This document shows, one piece after another, positions 9,965-22,588 of a DNA stretch of 64,000 nucleotides. This DNA comes from Malacoraja senta. Taxonomy: Eukaryota. A model generated the notes under the pieces. It worked only from the letters and a program-made list of their open reading frames with translations, had not been told where the DNA came from and made no database searches. Numbering within the stretch: the stretch's first letter is position 1; each line of letters begins with the position of its first letter. The stretch is taken from NCBI GenBank assembly GCA_038087875.1, contig JAXLNO010000033.1, forward strand, positions 186,001-250,000, written 5' to 3'. The position numbers were made by a program, and so were the translations under genes.

Positions 9965-12199
9965 ACGTGTCTGATCTGGACTGACCTAATAACCACTGCT
10001 CCAAATCAACTCATCCTAGCTCTAGCCTAATGACACGGCTGTATGCTTTCCCCGACTTAGTACTCTCCACAACTTCCAGACACATCCCTATTAAAAAAAC
10101 CAATCTTAAAACGGATAGAGTTATGATCGTTAACTCTAAAATGCTATTCCACTGCAACATCAGTCACCTGGTCAGAGTCATTTTCGAATGCAGGGTCCAG
10201 CATGGCCCCTCCTCGAATCGGGCAATCCGCCTACCGTGTCAGGAATCCTTCTCGGAATCATCTAATTAATACTGCGCCGCCCAGTCCTTTTGTACTGAGT
10301 AAGTCCCAGTCAATATTGGGGAAATTTAAGTCACCCACTACAACAATCTTGTATCCTTCTGCAATCTGTCGGCATAGCTGATCCACGACCTCTTGTTGTC
10401 CTTTGGGTGGCCTTTAGTTTAATCCCATTAGAGTTTGCTCCTTTAAAATATGCTTATATCAATCCATAAGACTCATTGGACGTAACCTACAGTATGTCAT
10501 CTCCGAATACCGCGATGACATTCTCCCAGATTAATATAACAATCAGCAATCAAACAATATTCTATGCCCCATCTATTGACGGCAAGCATCAAAGCACAAA
10601 GGACATTTATTTTCACATACACCAATTGGTGCAGTGAAATTTGAGTTACCATACAGCACACAAAAAGGATAAATACTAAAGAATTTAACATAAAATATAA
10701 AAACATAATCACATCAGCCTTCTCCGCCAACATATGCTTGCCCCATTCTAAGATCCATAAAACTGCACGGCAATGACTCCCTGTCGCTCAATGTTCTCCG
10801 GGGCCCACCATTCATTATAATACAGGCAGATTAAAAAAAGTACATCACAGAGATAGACCCTTCGATCATAAATGCCGCGCCGAACACGATGGCATCCTAA
10901 ACAAATCTCATGTTCCTGCACATGACCCATACCTCCATTCCTTGCATGTATGTGCATGTGCTTGTGCCTATCAATGCTACTGCAGTACCTGTCTGCGCCA
11001 CGACTCTGGAAGCACGCTCCGGGCACCCACCACTTTCAGGGTGATGTGGACTTCTTTCTTTGTCCAGTTGTCTGTGAAAAAGATTGTGCTGGCGCCCTTC
11101 TTGCTTTTATGATCTGCATATGTGGGACATGATCAGTGGGACATGATCAGTAAGTCTACAGATATCTCGAAAAGTAATGGTTTTGTTCAAAGTGAGGAAG
11201 ATAATTATTGGCTGTAATATGTTCTAACTATAATCAGTTGGTTAAAATGGCTGCAATGGTGAATGCAATTTAATCCTGATAGTTGTGACATGCTGCTATT
11301 TGGAAAGAGGAATAAGCAGAGGTCGTACTCAGTTCGTTGTTGCTTGCGTGTACTTATGGTAGTTCTATTACAGGCACTATGGGCAGGGGATGAGGAAGAT
11401 CCAGGAAGGGTTTGCCACAACGCCGCCCGGATTAGTGATTATCAATTATAAGGAAATATTTTAGGGATTTTTTTTTCTTCAACCTGTACCCTGAATCTCA
11501 CTTTCACCTGGAGCCCTCTTGCCCTGTTAATAACAGCTCAGAGCGGCAGAGAAACGAAGATATTTCAACGAGCAGTGGCGTGTTTTTCAAACAAGTTAGT
11601 TTATTCATGATCGAAATAGTGTATACTGCGACAAAACGCTGAAAGAACTCAGAGTATTTCAATCACTCACGGCACCGACAGGTATTTTGTAACTGATGAT
11701 ACAATGATTACAAGCGGATTTCATTTGTTGACATAATGCTTCAGTGATCAGAGTATCCCTGTTGTCTTCTTTCCGTGTCCCCCCTCCCCACCCCCGAATT
11801 ATTTTTAATCTTCGCCGGTTATCTTTAATCTTCCCAAATAGCCACGTGACTATGTTTTCCAGCCCAATTCTGCATCCAACTTTCGAGGTCTTCATCCCGC
11901 GGCATCCAGCGTTTCGAACTGTAATTGTGGGAGTTGGCCAAAGGCTTTCTTTACGTTTATGCAAATCCCATCAACTACACTGTGTCATCCTAACATCCTG
12001 AAGCCGCGGTCTCCGGTAGGAAAGTGCCGATTCGGGCGCTCCAATCCGCGGACTGTGTTTGACCGTCCCGACGTCCGAGTTTAGATCATTCCGAAGAGAG
12101 GGCCTATATATCCGGCTGTGCATGCGCAACGGTGGTCGAGGGTTTTCGCGCTCCTGGTGGGACAAGAGACATGCTAAAGTACTTTGGCCACCTCATTGA

Positions 12200-12800
12200 G
12201 GTAGCCTTTAAGTCTCCGGCTAAAACGTCCAATGCTAGGGGGTGATTTGTCTCATGGATATTGATGGCGGATCACAGTTCATTCAGAACAATCTTGACAT
12301 ATTCATTGGGAGGGGTGTAGCCTGCTACGACAAGATAGTTGAGATTAATTCCCTCGGCAAGTATTACTCTGGCATTTCGCATTCAGATATTCCAGGTCCC
12401 GGAAGCATCTGCTCGCCAGGAATGCCATGCCTGAGCACCCAGATATATTGATTAGAATGCAGACCTCAACGCTCTAAACCTTGACCGAAATCGTCATACG
12501 GTCCATCTGGTATACGACCTCGGACAGAATGGCATAGTTAGGTATATCAGGGATGAGTCTTAACTGTGTGAAACAGAGCACACGTCACTCTCAGTTTTCT
12601 GAGGTAAGTCAATTACGATTTAGGTTCATCAAACATATTTTCCACAGACTGCACATTATCTAGCAGTATGCTGGGGTGCGGAGGTCTTAAAACCACGTTG
12701 TTTCAGCCTCACGGCGCACAGCGGTCTTCGCGAATTTCCTCAACAGGTGGCAGCATTTCGGCCCCATGAGTCAGTTCCCTGACCTGATGTCTAAGCGGGA
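12200..12800 (-). mobile_element. Degraded Rex1-type endonuclease (5') region
   Basis: Interrupted minus-strand reading resembles RLKQRGF..PSILL.NVQS.EN..DE..CVLCFT, the N-terminus of the Rex1 APE domain. Confidence 0.5.
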
Positions 12801-13703
12801 GTCCCCGGTAGGTGATTAGCCGTCCACGATGGGGACTTCGGGCGCTTTTGTGGGCAGGGCATCCGTCCAGACTGGCTCCAAGTCATGATACATATCTATA
12901 CCACTTTGGGTAGGCCGTATTTTGAGGATTGTGTGCAATCCTGCTCGCCGCCTTGTAGCAATGACATCGAGGTGGATTCAGAAAATGTTTATCAGAATGC
13001 TGCTTGAATTGGAGTATATCAGTTCCAAGGAAAAGCTGGACAAACTTGGGTTGTTTTCACTGGAATGCCGAATGTTGAAAGGAGACCTGATATCTATATA
13101 ATTAAAAGCTTCATATTGACCACTTCCTGTCAGCGCTGTATATTGATTTTAGAGAAAAACTCTACCGTGTATCGCTGTGATTTTTTGGCCATCTTACTCA
13201 CAGTCCTCCTCCGCTGAGCAGGCCCCGATGATTTTTCCCATCGATGAAAAATGAAAAATGTTATGAGTGTTTAAAAAACCTTGAGATCCTCTCGCCTGTC
13301 AATCACCGCGATGAAGGTAACGTCCCTTCCGTGGGGGGGGGGGGGGGGCAGGACTACAAAACCGCGGATGCCCTGGTCGTGACCCAGTCTCTCTGCAAGA
13401 TCGCGAGGGAGAGGCCACGACTCTTATTCGACTGTGAGCCTACAGAACATTGAGTCTAATGAAATGTGAGTACGACCTTTATGTGCTTTATGTGGTTTAT
13501 GTGTTTTATGCCGTTATGTGCTTTAAGTGGTTAACCCTTTATGAGCTTGCAATAAATGATTTGTTAGCCAGCAATGTGCTTGCAATGAATGATGATTTGT
13601 TAACACTTTATGTACTTGCAATAAATGATTTGTTAGCCGTTAATGACAATGCCATGAGTTGTTTGGCCTGCAGCCCTGCTTGTACTTGAAACTGCAATGG
13701 TTT

Positions 13704-13835
13704 ATTAGGTCCGACTGTGTTTTGAAGGAATAAATGCTTTATCAGGTCCGACTGTGTTTGTAAGGAATAAATGCTTTAAAAATGTCCGAATGTGTTTGGA
13801 AGGAATAAATGCTTTATTAGGTCCGACTGTGTTTA
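13704..13835. repeat. 37-38 bp tandem repeat, about 3.5 copies
   Basis: Unit aggtccgactgtgttt(tg)aaggaataaatgctttatt. Confidence 0.85.
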
Positions 13836-14008
13836 CTCCAAAGGTCCCGCTCATTTCGTTAGTTCCGCTTAGTGGACAGGTCGCGCTGATTGCGTAATTT
13901 CCGGTGAGTGCAGACGTCACGCTGATTGCGGAAGTGACGCTGCCTGCGGAAGCCCCACAGTGCAGAGGCCGCGGTAAGCAATGTAATTATTCAAGAAAGT
14001 TTACTGTC

Positions 14009-14456
<448 letters not shown>

Positions 14457-14460
14457 GAAT

Positions 14461-15262
14461 TTGCTGGCTTGCACTCTGCTTGAAGTGCTGTGAGATTGGA
14501 TTTGCTGCCTGCACTCTGCGTGAAGTGCTGTGAAATTGGATTTGCCGCCTGCACTCTGCTTGAAGTGCTGTGAGATTGGATTTGCTGCCTGCACACTGCG
14601 TGAAGTGCTGTGAGATTGGATTTGCTGCCTGCACTCTGCTTGATGTCCTGTGAAATTGGATTTGCCCTCTGCGCTCTGCTTGAAGTGCTGTGCGATTGGA
14701 TTTGCTGCCTGTACTCTGCTTGAAGTACTGTGCGATGGGATTTGCTGCCTGCACTCTGCTTGAAGGGCTCTGAGATTGAATTCGCTGCCTGCACTCTGCT
14801 TGAAGTGCTGTGAGATTGGATCTGCTGCCTGCACGCTGCATGAAGTGCTGTGAGATTGGATTTGCTGCCTGAACTCTGCTGGATGTGCTGTGAGACTGCA
14901 TTTACTGCCTGCACTCTGAGTGAAGTGATGTGAGATTGGATTTGCTGCCTGCACTCTGCTTGAAGTGCTGTGAGATTGGATATGCTGCCTGCACTCTGCT
15001 TGAAGTGCTGTGAGATTGGATTTGCGGTCTGCGCTCTGCTTGAAGTGCTGTGAGATTGGATTTGCTGCCTGCGCTCTGCTTGAAGTGCTGTACGGTTGGA
15101 TTTGCTGCCTGCACTGTGCTTGATATGCTGTGAGTTTGGATTTGCTGCCTGCACTCTGCTTGAAGTGCTTTGAGTTTGGATTTGCTGGCGTGCACTCTGC
15201 TTGAAGTGCTGTGAGATTGGATTTGCTGGCCTGCACTCTGCTTGAAGTGCTGAGAGATTGGC
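14461..15262. repeat. 40-bp minisatellite, about 20 copies
   Basis: Unit tttgctgcctgcactctgcttgaagtgctgtgagattgga, in register through 15180, then two 41-bp units. Confidence 0.97.
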
Positions 15263-15685
15263 TTTGCAGGCCTGCGCTGAATGATGACATTTGAGGTAAA
15301 TTCTCATATTTTCTTTGTTAAAATTTGACCGCTCAATATTACAATTGTCTCTTTTTTAATCAACAGCAAAGAGTCATCAAGAGGCAGTGAGCAGCAGAAA
15401 ACAACAAAAGACACAACAAGAAAGAACTGAACTTAATAAATCTCACCTTTAACATTGAAATTGTTGTTATATTTTGAGAGTCATTCACATTTTAAACTTT
15501 TATCAATTATTTTTCCACTTGCATGCCTGCGTGTTCTTCATCACAATGGGAACCTAATAGGCAGGAATGGCTGCGCTGTCGGAGAGCAACTAATAGTGCA
15601 TAGGGGGAAGGTTGACGGGAGATGGACTGAAAGGGGGGGGGGAATGGCAAGGAGCAGAATGGCAAGTTGTGAAGGGAGGAGGGGT

Positions 15686-15970
15686 GACTGAGTGAACTGC
15701 CACAACACCAGCCGTGAGTGACTGGAATGCAAGCCTACCAGCCATGAGTAAGTGAACTGGCAGCCCAACAGCCATAAGTCACTGGATTGCCAGCCAACCA
15801 GCCATGAGTAAGTGAACTGCCAGCCCAGCAGCTGTAAGTGACTGAAGTGCCAGACCACCAGCCATGACTTAGTGAACTGCCAGCCCACCAGCTGTCAGTG
15901 ACAGAAGTGCCAGCCCACCAGCCATGACTTAGAGAACTGCCAGTCCACCAGCCATGACACACTGAACTGC
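15686..15970. repeat. 60-bp higher-order repeat of two 30-bp subunits, about 4.5 copies
   Basis: ccagccatgagtaagtgaactgccagccca alternates with gcagctgtaagtgactgaagtgccagacca; successive 60-nt lines align. Confidence 0.85.
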
Positions 15971-16789
15971 GAGTCCAAGAATCCATTCAGTCCACAATGT
16001 CCATACTAGCCCTTTGGAAACAAGTCCCTTCAGCCCACAACTCCCATACTAGCGTTCCAGAGATCCACGCAAAGATAGACTTTCCTCCTTCATTGCTGTG
16101 ATCAGTAAAAAAAATATGAAAATGTCTAAAAGTGATTCTCCACCCTCCCCCCTTCTCTGTCACCTGTTTTGGGCAGAATTTCTGGAAGTTTCTGACCTGC
16201 CAGCCCGCTCGCCAGGCCTGAGTTACTGAGCTGCCAGCCTGCCAGCCCAAGAATCAATTCGGCACACGATGTCCACACTAGCCCTCTGAAAACCAGTCCT
16301 TTCGGCTCACAACACCCATGCTAGCGCTCCAGAATGCCCCCCCCCCCACTGGCCAGCAATGTTGGAATTGATGGAGAGGTGGAATATTGCTTTGGTGCAC
16401 TAGCCCTCCCGTGTGAAGCTGGGACCCAACCGGCCTCACTTAGTCTAGTAAATATGTAAAATTATGACAGGAATCGATGGGATAGAATGTCAGCTGATGG
16501 AAAAATCTCCCGTGGAAATTATTTTACTTGAGGTGAGAGGCTCAAATTCTAAAGGAGGTACGTGGAGAGTTTTTTTTGGAGAGAGTGGCGGGTGCTTGTA
16601 AGGCATTGCCAGCGATTCTGGTGGACGCAGCTGTAATGTGGCGTGCACGAGGCTTTAGAATAGGCACATTGATATACATGGACAATTCATCGTAACATTG
16701 ATGCAGGAAACAGAGAATGCATGTAGACTAAGAAATGGAAGTTCGTATTTATAATTCGTATTTTTTCTTTAATTATAATAATAACGTAT

Positions 16790-17012
16790 CTAGGTTATAG
16801 AATATCCGATTGTGCTGGCAGTTGTTACGCAATTCCACAATTAGCAGTAGCAAATGTGACCTGGCCAACATTGCTTGTTTAAATGACTAACACTAATCCC
16901 AAATGATTTCCCTTGATTAGTCGTCACGTGGTTTCTCTGGAGAATCAAATATTTTATTTAAAAACAAGCGACCTGTCAGACCACTGTCAGGAAACGTCGA
17001 TTATCTCTGGGC
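16790..17012 (+). promoter_or_regulatory. Putative proximal promoter/5'UTR cassette of gene B
   Basis: Same cassette as gene A: TGCTGGCAGTT, CAATTAG, TTGTTTAAATGA, TAATCC, CCTTGATTAG, GTCACGTG, TCTCTGGAGA and TATTTAAAA. Confidence 0.6.
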
Positions 17013-17082
17013 ATGGAACTGCCGGTTATCACCCAGGTAGAAAACATTTTCTACCCTATCCTTGTCATTATTGGTGTTCCAG
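17013..17082 (+). CDS. Gene B coding exon 1 (MELPVITQVENIFYPILVIIGVP + G)
   Basis: ATG at 17013, 70 nt long, donor ccaG|GTAAG at 17083; 1443-nt phase-1 intron. Confidence 0.9.
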
Positions 17083-18525
17083 GTAAGCTCCGTATTATTT
17101 CCTGCCGATGTTTCGCCGTCTAGACTTTACTGTTAAAAATACGTGTGCTTTTACTTATTGCGAGATTAACTGATCCAACTATTTACACCGAAGATCGAAA
17201 CTACTCAATCGAATCCATAGCCAATAGATCCAGTGTCATTTAGACAGACGCGTGGATAGGCAGGGAACGGAGCCAAATAGCGGATTTCGAAGGCGGCTAA
17301 TTCGGTCCATCTAGTCAGTGTCGCATCCAGTTACAATCTGGTTCACCGGCTGATTTTCCTTTTACATACTTTTCCCAATTTCCCCCAATTTTATGCCAGA
17401 AGCCGATTCCTTAGCTGCGCCGTATATGGACAAGTAAAGGACAAGTAATCGACCAGCCAGCAGTATTTCGCTAGTAGAAGGACACTGGAGCATCCGGCCG
17501 CACAGTAGCATTGCTCGGAGAGCTTCCGCATCCTAGCGCCAAAGACCGCGTTTGATCATGTCCTCGGGCGTTTCCTGTGCGGGGTTGATACATTCTCCTT
17601 GGGACAACGTTGATTCATCTGTCAACTCTAGTTTCTTCCGCATCCCAAAGATCGGGAGCTCTAGATTTCTCCCGTAATGCGTGATACTTTGTGGCGAACT
17701 AGATTCTGTAATTTGTTTCTAGTCAGCTGGGAGTGGATGCGATTGTTGGATAAAGTAAAACTTGTTTCAGCGACAGGCCGCGGTATGCCGGGTGACTGTT
17801 GCACACTGACTCAACCAATCTGTCACGGAAGCATACCAACGTGAACATTGGAGACGGTGCAAACTCCACATAAACAGCTCCAGTGACCAGTATTAAACGC
17901 GGGTCGCTGCAGCTGTCATGAAGCAGTGCCACTACTGTATATTTACCTTGAGATGAACAGCCGATAAAAATCTAACGCCTTGTAACGTAAATGGAGTAGG
18001 AAATGAATATGTAAATTGCTATTTGAATGCAATATTTGCATTCACACGGGCGTCGCGAAATCAATCTGTGATTGATACCGAGGAATATAAGCCTGACCTT
18101 TTCTCTTACTGTAGAGATGTGTGCAAAGCATCTCGCTGCAATACACATCTATATTCAAAATATGTGAAATGGGCACTCATCAAAGGCTCCACGTTTTAAT
18201 GTTGACCCAACGGTCTGCCGACAGGTTTGAACAAAAGGTACGGGACTGGGCTGCGATACGTAAACCACCCGATATTCCTGACTTCACATTCCTCTGTGGC
18301 CAAGCAAATGGAATAACAAGTGATTTGAATCGACTATACCCATCAGATTTCTAAAAAACGTCCTCCAGTACGCTGTGAGTTTTGAAGTCCAGTTATGTTA
18401 TTGGACGCAGGATGATGTTCATTATTAGTTTGCGAAGTGCATCGATATGTTTTACTTTTCAGAACTAAAAGTAACGTTCTCTGGCAGCAATGAACGTTAG
18501 TGAATTTGATTTTGTGTTTCTACAG

Positions 18526-19436
18526 CTAACCTGCTGGCGATCGTCATCCTCACCCGGGGAAAGTGTGGGCTCTCCAAATGTATCACCCTCTATCTTATAT
18601 CCATGGCCGTAGCTGATTTAATGGTTCTGATATTCGAGGTGCTTCTTTCTGAAATTTCAGATGGCTACTTTCCATTTTCATTCCTCGACTTATCTCACAT
18701 TTGTAAGCTGCGGATTTTCTTTAATTGTATTTCCATTGATTGCTCTGTCGGGTTAACCGTGACTTTCACCTTCGATCGATTTGTCACTATTTGTAACCAG
18801 AATTTACGAGCAAACTATTGCACTGAGAAAACTGCGGCTGTGGTGATAGCAGTGACGTGTTTCTTAAGTATTATTCAAAATATTCCAGTGTATCTTTTCC
18901 TCGTACCTTTATACAATATTGACAACGTGGCTTGGTACTGTTGGATAACATCAGACGTCTACACCATACCGATATGGGTAGCACTTTCGGTGATCGAAAC
19001 CATTTTAACCCCAGTTCTACCAATGTTACTGATTCTTCTCCTCAACGCCCTGACAATCAAACACATTATACTCGCCAATAGAGTGAGGGGCGGTCTCCGT
19101 AGAAACAAAATGGCCGAGAGCGGCGCAGATCAAGAGGTGGAGAACCGAAGGAAGTCCATCATTCTATTGCTGGCCATATCCGGTAACTTCGTACTACTTT
19201 GGATGGTGACCTTCGTGTGTTTCATGAGTGTATATTTCCTAGACGTTCATCTTTTAGGTTCAGATAACAACGACCCATTTACAATTACAGAACAGTCCGG
19301 ATATATGCTGAGAGCCCTGAGTGCTTGCACCAACACGTTTATTTATGGGGTGTCCCAGAACAAATTCAGGGAGGAATTAAAACATGTGATTAAGAGCCCA
19401 TTCGTGTTATTTTCCAATTCAATAAAATGCATTTGA
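18526..19436 (+). CDS. GPR139/GPR142-like class A GPCR, gene B, coding exon 2 (spliced protein 326 aa)
   Basis: Acceptor tttctacAG|ctaac at 18525/18526, in frame with ORF 18603..19436. Carries MAVAD, DRF, FVLLW, NTFIY and KFREE. Confidence 0.92.
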
Positions 19437-19979
19437 TGGCACAGTGAAACTGCAAATATTTTACGAAATTACGTTTATTTCTACAGTGTGTTATTGCATT
19501 TTCCTGTCTGAGTTGCGGTTGGGACAAAGCAGTCAATGCCGACCGTCAGAGTATTCCTTCAACCACTTTCCCCAACGCACATCCATTCAATGTATCCCTT
19601 GCAACTGCACTCAAATGGCCACTAATGCTGCAACAGCCCCACTACACCTTTGCCGGATCATAGAGAAATTTACGCTGTCAACTAATTGCGTCCTTGGGAC
19701 GTGGAAGGGAACTGGAATCACAATCACATTCACATTCACATTCACAACAAGACTTTATTAGCCAAGTATGTTCTGCAACATACGAGGAATCTCATTTGCC
19801 ATTTCAGTCATAGAAATAAAAAGTAACGGAACACACAAAACACTTTTTAAGGTAGGGTACTTGTTACTTGGCCTCTTTAAATTGCCGCTAGTGTGCAGGG
19901 ACCGGATGGGAAAGATGGATAACATTGAAGTAGTCTCACCCCCGGGCCGGTGCCACTGAAGCTGCCGCCACCGCCAGCC

Positions 19980-20880
19980 AGCTCCACCTACTTGGCGCTC
20001 ACAGGCAGAACCTATCGAACTTCGCCGGCATTCGACCGCTCCAGTCTCGTCGAACTGACGTAGTCGCACCGCCCACCCGCGCATTTCATCCAGCGCCCCT
20101 ATACCGTGCCTCCGGTCGCTATCGACGATTCTTATCTGCACCGTCCGCCAGTAGAACGCAGCCATTGATCTCGCCGTTCCTTGCATCTGCCCCGCCACTA
20201 GCAAGCCGCAACAGATTCAAGGCGCTGTTCGTTGATGCCTGCCCCCATACCATCACTTTGACTGACTCCCCTGTTGATTCTCCTGGATCCTACTGATCCC
20301 GTTACCCAACAGGGAACCTCAGTAATGGCAGCTTCCTCTCATCCCCCATCATCTCTCCATAGCACTTCACCCAAGCATCCCTCTACCCCTCTCACCACAT
20401 CCCTCGCGATTGTCGTGTTTTCACCACTCCCCCTGACTACACTGCCCCTATTCCCCAATTCCTGCTCCTCCACATCTACGGATGTATCGGGGAAGCATCC
20501 TGCACCCATGCAGAATTCGGTCAATTCATGAACTTCATCAGGACATCTACACAGCCCTGAAATTCACCTGGACTATTTCTGACTCTATCCCGCCCATCCT
20601 TGAGCATCCTTTCTCCATCTCGTGGGAGATTCTATCGACTGATGTCTAATAAATACCTACCTACTCCCACTGTTACCTGGACTGCACTTCATCCCATTTA
20701 GACTCTTGCAAAGACGTTATCCCCTACATTAAATTCCTTCGTCTCCACCGCATGTTCTCCGAATATGAAGCTTTCCAGTGTGGGACAATGTCTGAAGAAG
20801 GGCCTCGTCCCGCAACGTCACCCATTCCTTATTTCAATAGATGCTGCCTGCCCAGCTGAGTGACGCCACCATTTTATGTC
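19980..20880 (+). mobile_element. Penelope-like element remnant
   Basis: Degraded PLE RT-region sequence (..gccctgaaattcacctggactatttc..tacctggactgcacttcatcccat..) ending in the gtctgaagaaggg..aacgtcacc terminal repeat. Homologous to 53230-55920 downstream of gene E. Confidence 0.6.
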
Positions 20881-22005
20881 TCTTGTAGGACATGCAAGAT
20901 CCAGGGTGGGATGGGTGCGACACGTCCCTCCCATGTTTTGGGAGGGGGACAATTCCCCCCATGTTTTCTAATCCGGATGTTGAAATTTGGTGAAAACAAA
21001 TCGATTAACATCTCTGCTTTACGCGATACAGTGGGGATGTCACTTAAGCGCTTTCTATTATCATCGTATTAACACGACGTGTCACCAATTGTGTTTTGAC
21101 CTTCAAGTATTACTGAATGTACTCACGGAGAATTTCTTAAAGCTGTCTGATGCAGGTACAATTACCATTGGTGGATGGAAAATATTTAAACGGGTATCGG
21201 ATTTAAACGGGTCAGGTCATTAAGGGCTCCGGTCCAACAGGATTCCTGGCTGGCTTGCAAGTAAGTCCCTCATTCACGGTCACTCACGTTATTTAGTATC
21301 CCCCCCACTCACTCTCTCTCCCTCTTTCCTCCATGGTTGGTTCTTCTGATTGCCTTTATTTGCTTCAGTTTTATTTGTTTAAGTATTATTTATAAAATTA
21401 TAACTTTTGAAAGATTCAAGCGCGTATCAGACGCTTTCTAAGTGCTGAATCGGCCCGTTTGCGGGGCCTTTCATCGCCAGGCGCGGCATAAAATTGACCG
21501 CAGAATCGTCCACCGCCCCGCGGTCAGGCATTCAAACTGCTGCGTCGAGACGACGGAGGCTTCCGATGTTGAAGCCCCCGCCGGTCGATTTTAAGCCGCG
21601 CCGGGCGATGAAAAGCCCCGCAAACGGACCGATTCAAGCCCCAAGAATCGGGGCGGACGAAGCTGCTGTTGCTGGAGTTCGGAGTTGGTCACCAACCAGG
21701 CCAGCTTCCGATGTTACCTTCTACAGGGCCCACGGCCGAAGGCTCCGAAGCCTCGTGTGTGTGTGTGTGTGCACGTGCGCCCATCAAAGATTACGCCCCC
21801 ATGTGGTGATAGCGATTTCCGCCCCACAGTTTGATAGCCACAGGGAAGAAGGAACTCATATGGCGTTCTGTACCACATCTTGATGGAACCAGATGTGATC
21901 CCCGTATGTCCCCCTGTGCATCGGCGAGACCACGCATGGACTCAGCGACCATTTCCCCACACAGTTGCGCTCGTGACATGGCCTTCTGGCACTCCTGGTG
22001 GCTAA

Positions 22006-22588
22006 AGGCTCTGTCTTACCTGTTTGCGGTCATCGGCGGTGAAGCGCGGCGTCGCCGGTAGGGAGGACCGCGCGGCAACGGCGAGAGCGTCGAGCCTATC
22101 CACCGGAGCGCCGCACGGATGCTGCGCGGGGGCCGAGTTAATTCAAACACGGCGGGTCCCACGTGCTTGCGGTAAGTAAATAAATGGGCGGGCCGACTGC
22201 GATGACGTCGGCCCGCTGCACGTGACTCAGCAGCGGCGGCTGTGGCGGCGGCCATCCTGATCGCGGCGCTGTAGCGGTGGCTGTGCCTGCGGCCGTGCAG
22301 CACACGTGCCTCACTGGCGGAGGCTGTGGCAGTGGAGGTTTGACGCACGGCGCTCGAGCCACACTGGCTGCGGCCCGTGCGGGCGGCCGTGCCGCACTTG
22401 TGCATCACTGGTGGAGGTTGTGCGGTGAGTATTTGGTTTTCGACATTGTCGATTTTATTTTAGCACCGCGCGGTGTTGGGAACACCGCCGCACGGCCCGG
22501 GAATTGTACGTTCTCACGAGTGCGCGGTCTATGGCGGCAGATTCTTCCCGTTTCGCCGCCAATGACCGCAGACTCGTGAGACAGGCCT
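22006..22588. mobile_element. PIF/Harbinger-like MITE, CpG-rich
   Basis: Imperfect ~40-bp TIRs: aggctctgtcttacctgtttgcggtcatcggcggtgaagcg and cgtttcgccgccaatgaccgcagactcgtgagacaggcct. Flanked by taa and tta. Confidence 0.6.

Noticed and set aside
14461..15262. Regular 40-bp array as a possible CRISPR
   Set aside because: The units are contiguous with no unique spacers, there are no cas genes, and the context is eukaryotic.
19421..19426. AATAAA in the last codons of every paralog as a polyadenylation signal
   Set aside because: Explained by conserved Ser-Ile-Lys codons; its use in gene A would cut before the stop codon. No transcript evidence is available.
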